The translations under genes and the position numbers were made by a program. Under the pieces are notes generated by a model. That model ran no database searches and was not told where the DNA came from. It was given only the letters and a program-made list of their open reading frames with translations. This document shows, in pieces, positions 37,185 through 48,401 of a stretch of DNA of 64,000 nucleotides; positions within the stretch are counted from its first letter, which is position 1; every line of letters begins with the position of its first letter. This stretch comes from Octopus sinensis (lineage: Eukaryota), in NCBI RefSeq assembly GCF_006345805.1, contig NC_043000.1, positions 6,200,001 to 6,264,000 of the forward strand. The letters are read 5' to 3'.

Positions 37185-38005
37185 TCATCATCATCGTCGT
37201 CGTTTAATGTCTGCTTTCCATGCTAGCATGGGTTGGACGATTTTGACTGAGGGCTGGCGAACCAGATGGCTGCACCAGGCTCCAATCTGATCTGGCAGTG
37301 TTTCTACAGCTGGATGCCCTTCCTAATGCCAACCACTCCGAGAGTGTAGTGGGTGCTTTTATGTGCCACCGGCACGAGGGCCAGTCATGTGGTACTGGCA
37401 TCAGCCACACTCAATGGTGCTTTTACATGCCACCTGCACAGGAGCCAGTCCAGCGGCACTGGCAACAACCACGCTCGAATGGTGCTTTTTACATGCCACC
37501 TGCACAGGAGCCAGTCCAGCGGCACTGGCAACAACCACGCTCGAATGGTGCTTTTTACATGCCACCTGCACAGGAGCCAGTCCAGCGGCACTGGCAACGA
37601 CCACGCTCGAATGGTGCTTTTTACATGCCACCTGCACAGGAGCCAGTCCAGCGGCACTGGCAACAACCACGCTCGAATGGTGCTTTTTACATGCCACCTG
37701 CACAGGAGCCAGTCCAGCGGCACTGGCAACAACCACGCTCGAATGGTGCTTTTTACATGCCACCTGCACAGGAGCCAGTTAGGCAACACTGGCAACAATC
37801 ATGCTCAAATGGTGCTTTTAACCTTCCATTGGTACAGGTGCCAATCAGGCGGTACTGTCATTGGCCACGACAGTGATTTCACTTGCTTCAAAAGGTCTTC
37901 ACAAGCGTAGTTTATTGTCCAATGATTGAAGGGTACTCTTAAATGGGCTGGTTATACAGTACTGGCATAAGCCATGGTTATGGTCTCACTTGGCTTGCTG
38001 GATCT
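37185..38005 (-). mobile_element. RTE LINE 3'UTR fragment with an expanded repeat array
   Basis: (CAT)n tail at the left, the conserved 3' terminus, and the array at 37352-37860. Confidence 0.85.
37352..37860 (-). repeat. Tandem array of 8 units of about 66 bp (5 near-identical)
   Basis: GGTGCTTTT cores start at 37352, 37416, 37481, 37547, 37613, 37679, 37745 and 37811. Confidence 0.95.
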
Positions 38006-38336
38006 TAACTAAATAAACAACAATTTCAAATTTTGGCGCAAGGTCAGCAATTTGGGGGAAAGGAGTAAGTTGATGACATCAGCCCCAGTGCTCAACTAGT
38101 GCTTTATTTCACTGACCCCAAAAGGATGAAAGACAAAGTTGACTTCAGTGGAATTTGAACTCAGAAAAATAAAGACAGATGAAAAACTGCTATGCATTTT
38201 ATCAAGTGTGGTAATGAATCAGCCAGCTGTTGCATTTGCTTATTAATTATATAAATAATGAAAATAGTTTCATTTCTATTAAAAGCTTTTTCATGTTTTT
38301 TTTTATTACCTCCACATTTTATATTAATCGCTTATG

Positions 38337-38446
38337 GAAAGAAAGAAAGAAACAAACAAACAAACAAACAAACAAAGGAGAGAAAGAAAGAAAGAACGAA
38401 GAACAAAAGAAAGAAATAAAGAATGAAAGAAAGAATGAAAGAATGA

Positions 38447-38505
<59 letters not shown>

Positions 38506-38536
38506 GAAGAAAGAAAAAAAGAAAGAAAAGAAAGAA
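38337..38536. repeat. (GAAA)n/(CAAA)n microsatellite
   Basis: Direct inspection. Confidence 0.9.
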
Positions 38537-39764
38537 ATGTAATGAAGTTAATTGAAAATAGCCTGTTTCAAGGAGGAATTTTCTATGAGTGGAATAATTC
38601 AGGGACGAAATTTTCAAAGGTGGAACTTTCAAAGAGATCTTCAATTCAGAATCACTTGACCATATTACTTGGTTTCTTATTTTACAAGTCTATTTTAATT
38701 TATACCATCGAAATAGGTGGTGGTGGTGGTCGTGGAAGTGGTGATGGTGGTAGTGGCAGTAGTGGTGGTAGTGTGGTGGTAAGGCATTTATATAATAACT
38801 AAGCTCTTGGCTTCAGCATTTCTAAACGGTGGTTGAATGTCTTAGTATTAAACTTAAGCTGCAGATGTTCTTTCTTTTAGCTGTAATGATTTTTCTAAAT
38901 AGAGATTTCTATAATGCTGACAGAGTGTGCTATCTTTCTAAATAAAACCTTTACAATGCTGTTACAATTCAACATGAACGTCAAAGATAATTTAAGCAGC
39001 TGTTATTTAATCACGGAACAGTTTCTCACTTTCAAATCAACTTAGCATATATTTTGCCTTTCAGAATAAACAGAGAAAAAAAAAGAGTATTATGCTGTGT
39101 GGCTAAAAAGTTTGTGTCTTAACCACATGGTTTCAGGTTTAGCGTCTCTTCAGATAATTCAGACAAGTGAAGGGCTGTCTTAGGAACCTCATAAGCCCAT
39201 GACAATTCAATGCATTGGGCCCAACAGTATTTCTTTTCTGAGGGCAAGCCACAGCACATATGGATCAGAATGGGGCCTAAAAACTTGTGGGCTCTCTGGG
39301 TAACTGCCCAGTGTGTCCATGCCTCGAGACAGAACTGGACAAGTATCTTTCATTATAGAATCAGGCCAGCCAAAGGCTTGTGAGTGAATTTGTTTGACAG
39401 AAAATGAAAACGATAGCCCTCTCTCTCACTGTATGTGTGTGTGTGTGTGTTTGCTTACATTTAAACATGCATCTATGAAAGTTGCAATGTATGAATAGTA
39501 ATGTTGCCGTTAGTTCTCCTATCAACAAATCATCCACTCACTTCGCACCTTTCAAAAGTGCATTGAACAAAAAAATCTCTTACTTGAAAAGTAGACAAGG
39601 GTTAGTGACAGGAAAGGCATCCAACTGTAAAACAATACCTCAGTAACATTTAAGTGCCTGATTCACTTGAACCATGATTTAGTGTGTGTGTGTGTATATG
39701 TGTGTGCATGCATGTGCATATGTGTACATGCATGTGTGTGTGTGCATGCATATGTGCATGCGTG

Positions 39765-40205
39765 TTCTGGATCCACAGTTTGATTAAATGCAATTCTAAT
39801 ACCTTCCCTCGGTCTGGAGGTGGATAAAACTCAACTCAAGGTCATATGTTCCCTGCTTTAGTTCCCCACTGTACAATTCTTGCTTCAAACACAGCATTCA
39901 AGTGAATTCAGAAGGATTGAATTGTTTAGTAAAGTGCATGCAGACATCTATGGCATCCTTAAATCATTCATCTTATCAAAAAAAAACCATTTCTCTGCTA
40001 ACATACTTTCCATCTACTAACCAATCTACATGTCAAAGACCTATGGGAAATATGCTGATAGGATGACGAATTTTTCTTATAAAAATGGCAGAACTTTTAT
40101 GCAGGATTTCACTTGTCCTGATGCTCTAGACCCCAGCTATCTGGCTACTTCCCTAATGACTCCTGAGAAAACAGTGCAGAATGTAGAAAAAGCAAGATTA
40201 ATAAA
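39765..40205 (+). mobile_element. CRE-like non-LTR retrotransposon C-terminal remnant (restriction-like endonuclease)
   Basis: LNAILIPSLGLEVDKTQL and YGKYADRMTNFSYKNGRTFMQDFTCPDALDPSYLATS resemble the CRE motifs WLNALP..LGL.LD and DGKRPDG.T..PWK.GR...WD.TC.DTLAPSY. Confidence 0.55.
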
Positions 40206-40212
40206 GGAATTG

Positions 40213-40740
40213 GGGTCAGTCCCATTGCGTGGCACCTTGGGCAAGTGTCTTCTACTATAGCCTCGGTCCAACCAAAACCACGTGAGTGGATTTGGTAGAA
40301 GGAAACTGAAAGAAGCCCATTATATATATGTATATATAAGGCATGCTTGTGTGGTAAGAAGCTTGCTTCTAAACCACATGGTTCTTGGTTTAGTCCCACT
40401 TCATGACACCTTGGGCAAGTGTCTTCAACTATAGCCTTTGAGCAAACCAAAGCCTTGTGAGTGAATTTGGTAGACAGAAACTGAAAGAAGCTCATTGTGT
40501 GTGTGTGTGTGTGTGTCTTTGTGTCTGTGTTTGTTCTCCGATCATTACTTGACAACTGGTGTAGGAGTATTTATGTACCCATAAATTAGTTGCTCAGCAA
40601 AAGAGACTGACAGAATAAGTACTAGACTTTAAAAAAATAAGTCCTGGAGTCAAGTTGTTTGATCAAAACCCTTCAAGGCAGTGCTCCAGCATGGCCACAG
40701 CCAAATGACTGAAACAAGTGAAAGTAAAAGAATAAAAGAA
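40213..40740 (+). mobile_element. SINE family A (fragment 40213-40330 plus full copy 40339-40740)
   Basis: Family A consensus. Confidence 0.85.
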
Positions 40741-40994
40741 AAAATACCAGATATTTATAATGACGAAGATATTTCACCATTTTCTTCATTATTGTCAAAA
40801 TTAATTGAAACACAGGCAGTGAATTTCAACAGAAATATGGTAAGAAAATGGTTAGCCTCAAAAAGGTTTCTCTGCCCAGCATTATATGAATGTCTCTCTT
40901 GGTCAGTGGATGACTCTTATGGCAAAACTGCACAACTGCCATGCTGTTTCCTATAGCCTCACCTGCCACTCTAGGCTGGTTAGCTATTAGGTCT

Positions 40995-41417
40995 TTTACT
41001 CTTTAACTTGTTTCAGTCGTTTGATTGTGGCCATGCTGGAGCACCACCTTTACTTGAGCAAATCGACCCCAGGACTTATTCTTTGTAAGCCTAGTACTTA
41101 TTCTATCGGCCTCTTTTGCTGAATCGCTAAGTTACAGGGACGTAAACACACCAGCATCGGTTGTCAAGCGATGTTGGGGGGACAAACACAGACACACAAA
41201 CATATAAACACACACGCACATATATACATACATACATGCATACATACATATATACAATGGGCTTCTTTCAGTTTCAGTCTACCAAATTCACTCACAAGGC
41301 TTTGGTCGGCCCGAGGTTATAGTAAAACACACTTGCCCAAGGTGCCACGCAATGGGACTGAACCCAGAACCATGTGGTTCATAAGCAAGCTACTTACCAC
41401 TCAGCCACTCCTCCGCC
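40995..41417 (-). mobile_element. SINE family A
   Basis: Full consensus. Confidence 0.9.
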
Positions 41418-42139
41418 TTACCAAATAATTCACAGCCTGTGAATTATTTCCATATTCAATGTTCACCCCTATAACCAAATGCTGTTCTTCTATTGAGAGC
41501 TGTCTTAACAGCATTATATAGAATTGAAACCCCTTGACCCTTGAGGTGCCAAGGCAACTCTTAAAATGACTCTGCTCCTATCCACTACCTGGAAATTTAC
41601 TAGGCAGGAGTTCTCTTCCCCCCATCTGCCAAAAATCTCAATTAATATTTCCTCAAGCAGACTTCACTCTGCCCATTGTTCAAGGCATCCTTTCAAAATC
41701 AAACCTGATAGTAAAACTTTCTCTTATAATTAGATATTCTTCTAAATTCTTTTCCTGCTACTTACAAAATGCCTCAGAGACATTCCATATGATTGTGATT
41801 TAAATCATCTCATTCAAACATTTACGCAATGCAAATCCTTGAAAATTGGCTTAAGAAGTTCTAATTCTACTTACAGCATTAGGAAGAAACCATATTATAA
41901 ATTTTTGGTTTGTTTGTGTTTTTTTTTAAAATCCAAGTTTGCCGTTGCAGTTTAGTAATAAACTCTTAGAATGGTTAATAACAAATCGTGTTGTGAAAAT
42001 AGGTTTCATTTCACCGATCTTTTAAGAAATTACTTAGCAACATAAATTGATTTCACAAGCATTTAAACTACCTGCTTGCTCTAGTTCCAGTTTGCAGTTA
42101 ACTAATTCAATTTAGTATAGTATTCTCATTTTCTCAAAA

Positions 42140-42617
42140 TCATCATCATTGTCATCATCGTTGTTTAACGTCCACTTTCCATGCTAGCATGGGTTGGACG
42201 ATTTGACTGAGGACTGGCGAACCAGATGGCTGCAACAGGCTCCAATCTTGATCTGGCAGAATTTCTACAGCTGGATGCCCTTCCTAACGCCAACCACTCC
42301 GAGAGTGTAGTGGGTGCTTTTACATGCCACCGGCACGGGGGCCAGTCAGGCAGTACTGGCAACAGCCACACTCAAATCTTTTTACACATGCCACCGGCAC
42401 AGGTGCCAGTAAGGCGATGCTGCTAACGATCACGCTCAAATGGTGCCTTTTAAGTGTCACTGGCACGGAATCCAGTTAGCCACTCTGGCAACGATCACGC
42501 TTGGATGGTGCTCTTAGCACCCTACTAGCACAGGGCTCAAGTGCCAGTAAGGCGACGCTGGTAACAATCTCACTTGAAAAGGTACCTTTTATGTGCCACT
42601 GGCACGGAAGCCGGTTG
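42140..42617 (-). mobile_element. RTE LINE 3'UTR fragment with about 5 diverged repeat units
   Basis: Same unit order as 13085-13570, in reverse complement. Confidence 0.85.
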
Positions 42618-43611
42618 GGAATTTAAAAAATGGAATTTAAAAAATGGAAATTATATAGTTAAAGGAGTGTCTATACATTACTAATTCATGAAAGAGTTTT
42701 ATGACATTTTTCTAGATTAACATTTTGTCAGTCCTCCCCCTCCTCCTCCTTTTCATCATCATCATCATCACCATTTAAATGTCTACATTTCTATGTTTGT
42801 ATGGGTCAGATGAGAGAACACTGAAGCAGAGTTTTCTATGGCCAGATACCCTTCCTGTATCAAACCCTACTTGTTTCTAAGTGAAGTAATGATCTTCTGG
42901 TCTATCAAATAACAAACAGTTTGGACATGTTTACATGTAAAACTAGAAATAAATGACACCATAGGGACGAGCCTTTTGTTTACAAACATTACACAAGACA
43001 TGTCATAATGCCTAGACATGCTCTCATGGCTGACTGCAAGTAAATGACACCAACAGTGTGGCCATTGTTTACAATCAACAAACACATGTGAAGACAAAGC
43101 AAATATGAACCCACACATACACACACATATACACATGCCTGTGCACACACACACACGTATACAGAGTACGTTTTAAAAGAAAATGAACTTAAACAAAATT
43201 TAATCATTAGTAAAATGTTCAAAATAGATTTGCTCCAATATAATTAATTTGCCTAATGGAAAGAAAAGTAGCTTCAGGTTTTACTAGTTTAAAACATTCA
43301 AGCCAAACCAACAAAATCTCACTATGTTGTCATTCAAGTTGCTAGAAATAGCAACCAAATCTCCTTTTAATTATACCTTACTATCTTTAAACAAATCAGG
43401 GTTGGGAAGGAGGCATACAGGTATAAAAAAAAAAGGATGAGAATGTCACACCTCAAATGCTTTTGTACATAGGTCTACCTGATAAAAGCTGACCTGGGGC
43501 TAAATAATAACAACTGAGTTTCATGCACTTTCTCTCTATCAGAAATGAAAATAAATTCACATGAAAAGATTCTTAAAGACCTGTAACTGAATAAGTATCA
43601 GGATAAATATT

Positions 43612-44215
43612 ATAATAACAAAATTATTGTATACAGTGCCCAGGTGCACCATAACTTGTCAAAAGTGCATATAAAGCATACGCAGTAATGTACAAATGTC
43701 TGGAAAGTGAACAGTGTATGAGTCAGATAGATGCTAACAACTGATGCTGGCAGTTTGTTCCATACTTCAGCAACTCCTAGCATGAAAAAATGTTTCCGAA
43801 AGTCATGGGAGCTGTGCTGTTTTCTGACTTTGTAAACATGTCTACAGGTGTTAGACAGGTGAAGTTTGAAAAGGTGCTCAGAGTTATTGTTAGTAAGATG
43901 GTTCATAATTTTATGGGTGTCTGCCAAGCCAGCTGCCAGACATCAGAGTTTCAATGTATCCATGCCCAGGGAAGTAAGGCGTTCAGGATATGGCAAATGC
44001 CTGATGGAGAGTATTCTCTTGGTTGCATGTCGCTGAACAGTTCCAGACAATTAATATCCTGGGCAAGATAGGGGTTCCAGACCGGTGATGCAAATTCCAA
44101 GTGAGGCCGCACCATAGCTATATAAAGCCTCAGATAGAGAGCCGGAAAGCAGCTCACAAAGGACTTGGTAAGTGATCCCAAGACACCCTCAGCCTTCTTG
44201 GCAATTTTAGCATTG
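43612..44215 (-). mobile_element. CR1-clade LINE 3' fragment
   Basis: LYIAMVRPHLEFASPVWNPY..DINCLE and RKHFF..VAEVWNKLPASVV with an (ATT)-type tail. A 3'UTR scrap also lies at about 47578-47624 (+). Confidence 0.8.
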
Positions 44216-44319
44216 CTCTGTAAAATTTCACACAATTACTGAGCACTTACAGAAATTTGATGAAACCTCTAATATTGCTCTAAAATTAAGTAAAACAACC
44301 CTTGTTAAAAAATGAAGAA

Positions 44320-45365
44320 CTTTTAGCATGCCAAGTAAAATGCTTAGCGGCATTTCATCCATCTTTCCATTCTGTGTTCAAATTCCACTGAGGTCAATCC
44401 TTTTGGGGTCGATAAAATAAGTATCAGTTGGTGTAAAAAATTTACACCCTCCCCTGAAATTTCTGGCCTTGCACCAAAATTTGAAACTATTACCATTAGT
44501 CAACTAGTTAACTATTCAACTATTTAATTAATCGACTGATTAATCATTCAATCAATCAATCAATCATCTAAGTTCACCAGAGTCCTTTCATTTCCATTCG
44601 CAATCTCAACAGTAACATGCCATCTCATCTCCTGGGCTGATAAACCTAGCTGATTGGTTGACTGATTGACTGAATAATTAATCAAGCAATCAATGAGTTA
44701 ATTAGTTGAATGGGTAATTAATTGATTCATAAAAGTTCTTTCAGGCCTTGTGGCTATGCACAAGGCCTGGAATTTCAAGTGAAGAGGCTATTCAATTACA
44801 TTGACTCCAGTACTCATCTCATACTCATTTTATCAACCCTGTGAGGACAAAAGGCAAAGTCAACCTTGGTAGATTTTGAACTCAGAACATGAAGACACAT
44901 GAAATGTTGCTAAGCATTTTTGTCCGGCAGGCTAACATTTCAGTCACCTTAGTTAGCTAATAATAATGGTTTCAAATTTTGGCAAAAGGATGGCATTTTC
45001 AGAGTAGAGGGTAAATCGATTACATCAACCTGAAAGGATGAAAGGTAAAGTCAACCTTGGCAAAATCTGAACTCAGAACGTGAAGACAGATGAAATACCA
45101 CTAAGCATTCTATCTGGCAAACTAACAATTCCACTGCTTAGTTGACTAATAATAATCCTTCCTACTACAGGCACAAGGCCTGAAATTTGGGGGAGGGGGA
45201 TAGTCAATTACATCAACCCCAGTGCATAACTGGTACTTAATTTATCGACTGCGAAAGGATGAAAGGCAAAGTCGACCTCGGCGAAATTTGAACTCAGAAT
45301 GTAGCGGCAGACAAAAGGCTTCTAAGCATTTCACCCAGCGTGCTAATGATTCTGCCAGCTCAATA
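44320..45365. mobile_element. SINE B (+, 44320-44490), foldback (44500-44730), then three SINE B copies (-, 44750-45365)
   Basis: Family B cores. The inverted repeat TATTCAACTA..TGATTAAT..TCAATCA pairs with TGATTGA..ATTAATCA..TAGTTGAAT. Confidence 0.75.
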
Positions 45366-45548
45366 ATAGTAAAAGAAGTTAAACAGAACCAGCACATGTG
45401 TTTATTATTGGCACAGTGACTGTCCCAGTTTACAACAAAATCTGTTTCAACACATTGATTTCACATCAAGAATCCCACAAGCCAAACACAAAAATAAAAT
45501 AATTACAGCACATGCTTCTGAGAAAGGTTTCTAATAAAAGTGTCTTAC

Positions 45549-46009
45549 CTGTATGGAAGGGATGGTATTTTCAACCACAGATATTTCACTATCTATGTCA
45601 ATATCTTGGCTATCAGACTGTATCTGTTGAAGCAAAGTATCCTGTTGTAGGTCTGCTATTTGAGGAGTTAGTGACGGGTCACTATGACTATGTTCTCCGT
45701 TTAATTGCATGATTCTGTGCTGCAACTCAACAGGTGCAAAAAGAACATCGTAGTCCGGAGAATTCCTATTCAGGTTTGATGTGCTAAAAATATTTGGTTG
45801 ACTTCCACAGAGGTTTTCAACTTCACTTTTGATACCTTTGCGTTCTCGACTCTTCCCACGTATCCTTTCAGTGGATTTTCGAAAACTATCCCACAGCTTT
45901 TTCCGGCGACTAACAGTTGGGGGAGATGCAGTTGGTGAAAGTGTTTCATCTTTGCTTAGATCTCCAGAACTTTTAGCTTTTCTCCCCTTTTCTTTCTTTT
46001 TTTTTGGTC
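45549..46009 (-). CDS. Internal coding exon of a host gene (basic/Ser-rich, likely disordered N-terminal region; weak resemblance to MCTP-family N-termini)
   Basis: 461-nt open frame in non-repetitive sequence (PKKKKEKGRK..RRKKLWDSFRKSTERIR..CGSQPNIF..IPSIQ). Acceptor TTGTTTACAG at 46011-46010 (phase 1) and donor CAG|GTAAGA at 45549/45548 (phase 0). Confidence 0.8.
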
Positions 46010-46126
46010 CTGTAAACAATAAAACACACCATCAAAATATATGATTTAATTAATAATTAAACACATGGTTTATCAAATATACAGAGACACACAAACATAT
46101 ATTTATAACTTTTATTTATCTTCTAT

Positions 46127-46728
46127 TTTTTACTTGGTTCAGTCATTAAACTATGGCCATGCTTGGGCACTGCCTTGAAGAATTTTTAGTCAAATGAATC
46201 GACTCCAATACTTCTTTTTTTTTTTTAAGCCAAGTACTTATTCTATCAGCCACTTTTGCCAAACCACTAAGTTACGGGAGCCTAAACACACCAACATCCA
46301 TTACCAAGCGATGGGCAGAGGGGGTGTTCAGCACAGGCACAGAGACACACACATATATATATACTGCGGGAAGGACTGTTTCAATGAAGTCGCATCTTGT
46401 CCTTGCCTTCGGAACGAGGAGTAGATGAAACAGGGACAACTGAAGAAGGGGAATATTCTTTATGTTGTATGTCTCGTTTCTCTGTTTTTTTTTGTTGTTT
46501 GAAAAAAAGTTCGTTCCTATGTTTTTTTTTATGTTTTCGTTTCTCATTGTGTTCAACGTTTTGTTTTTGATGTCCTGTACCCATATATGCATGTATATAT
46601 ACATATATATGCAGGTATGTACATATATGTATGTATATATGCATATATTTATATATATATACACACATACACATACACACATGCACACACACGCACACAC
46701 ACACACATATATATATACATATATAAAC

Positions 46729-46772
<44 letters not shown>

Positions 46773-47215
46773 GGCTTCTTTCAATTTCCATCTACCAAAT
46801 CTACTTACAATGCTTTGGTCAGTCTGAGGTTATAGTAGAAACACTTGCTCAAGGTGCCATGCAGTGGGACTGAACCCAGAACTATGTGGTTGGGAAGGAA
46901 GCTTCTTACTACACAGTCACTCTTATTTATTCTTATTTAAAGTCTGGTACTTATTCTATCAATCTCTTTTACTGAACCACTAAATTACAGGGACATAAAC
47001 AAACCAACATCGGTTGTCAGGTGGTGGTGGAGGCAAACAAAATCACACACAAACATACATATATGCAATAGGTTTCCACACAGTTTCCATCTACCAGGTT
47101 CGCTTACATTGTACTGGTTGGCCTAGGGCTATAGTAGAAGATACTCAAAATACTACAGAGTGGGAATGAACCTGAAACCACATGGTTGCTAAGTGAGGTT
47201 CTTAACAACACAACC
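46127..47215 (-). mobile_element. Two SINE A copies; the first has a ~220-bp unclassified insert (about 46363-46585) in its central (TA)n
   Basis: Family A halves flank a non-A sequence. Confidence 0.75.
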
Positions 47216-47928
47216 AACAACCATAGCTGTACTTATTTATTTATTGTTAAACTAGATTTGTTAACACTAAATTCAGTCACATTTTTCTCAGTGTATCTCT
47301 TAGAACTGTACAACTGTAAATATAATATTTTTAGAAATAAATGATAGAAAAATGTATTTAAAAAAATTAGAATTAAAAATTAAAAAATAAAAGTAACAAA
47401 TGTTAAAAAAATGCTCTGGTAACAATATCCAGATTAGAACTAAAAACTGCAACTTTAAAATAGATGAGAAAGAACAAAATTTTTAAAGGATCAGCTTTAA
47501 ATGCTACTTTTATAACATAAAAGTTACCACATGGTAACTATAGCTTTTATAACTTTTGTGTGTGTTTGTGTGTGTGTTGTGGTGCACCTGAGCACTGTAT
47601 TCAATAATTTCATTATTATTATTGCATAATGTCATTTATAGTATATTTCTTTCACTGTACACAACGGAGGTGATAATATGAATCAATTTTTTTACTTCAG
47701 TAAAGTACATGGCATTTATTTTACTGACCCCAGGGAGATGAATGGCTAAACTGACACTAACCATATTTGAACTCTGAAATATGAACCATAAAACTTTGAA
47801 ACAACAATTTAAGTTCTCTACACTGCGAGCTGCTCACCCTTCTCTTTTAGTACTTATAGAACTGATTTTCTCGTTTTGGTATAAGAGAAGTAAGAGTTAA
47901 AATTCCATAAGTTTTTGGAAAAGTATAA

Positions 47929-48141
47929 GTGAGGGGGGCTGCTGAAAAGATCCTGGCTTTAAGAGTATCGTGAAAGGACTCGTTAGAAGCCCAACCTTTC
48001 AAGTATTTTTACAGGCCTTAGAAAAGCTGGAAGATCACTGCAATAAGTGTGTGAATCTGAAAGGGGGATACGTTGAATAAAATCATAATTAACTGATTTT
48101 CTTTTATCCAAAGCCAGGAACTTTTCAGCCCCCACCTCATA
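47929..48141 (+). mobile_element. Internally deleted mariner derivative (MITE)
   Basis: TIRs GAGGGGGGCTGCTGAAAAGATCCTGGCTTT and AAAGCCAGGAACTTTTCAGCCCCCACCTC. It retains the transposase C-terminus LEKLEDHCNKCVNLKGGYVE*. Confidence 0.85.
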
Positions 48142-48364
48142 AATCAAATGAATTGTGTCTCCAACTCGAAATGAAAGACGATTTAAAAAAACTATTTATC
48201 TTCCTTGTTTTTTGTTTTGTTTTTGGACAATGCACGAAGCCTAATATTTTAAGAGAAAGGAAATGAGTTGTGAAGTTCATAGTTACAACTTTTTACAATG
48301 CAATTTGACTGAAGTTGAAATTGTCTCAACTTAAGATTCAGAAAATGACTCAGAACGATCTTAC

Positions 48365-48401
48365 CTTTTGTCCTAAGGCACTTGCCGTTTATGTTCTTCA
48401 T
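48365..48401 (-). CDS. Candidate first coding exon (MKNINGKCLRTK+G), phase 1, splicing to 46009
   Basis: ATG at 48401 with an in-frame TGA 5 codons upstream. Donor AAG|GTAAGA. The G plus GA rebuilds the Gly codon of exon 45549-46009. Local CpG enrichment. Confidence 0.55.

Noticed and set aside
37352-37860. CRISPR array
   Set aside because: The spacers are homologous or identical to each other, the array is part of a LINE 3'UTR, there are no cas genes, and the context is eukaryotic.
37298-37910. Repeat-protein CDSs (five overlapping ORFs)
   Set aside because: A 66-bp period keeps most frames open automatically. Other copies have 61-65-bp units that break frame.
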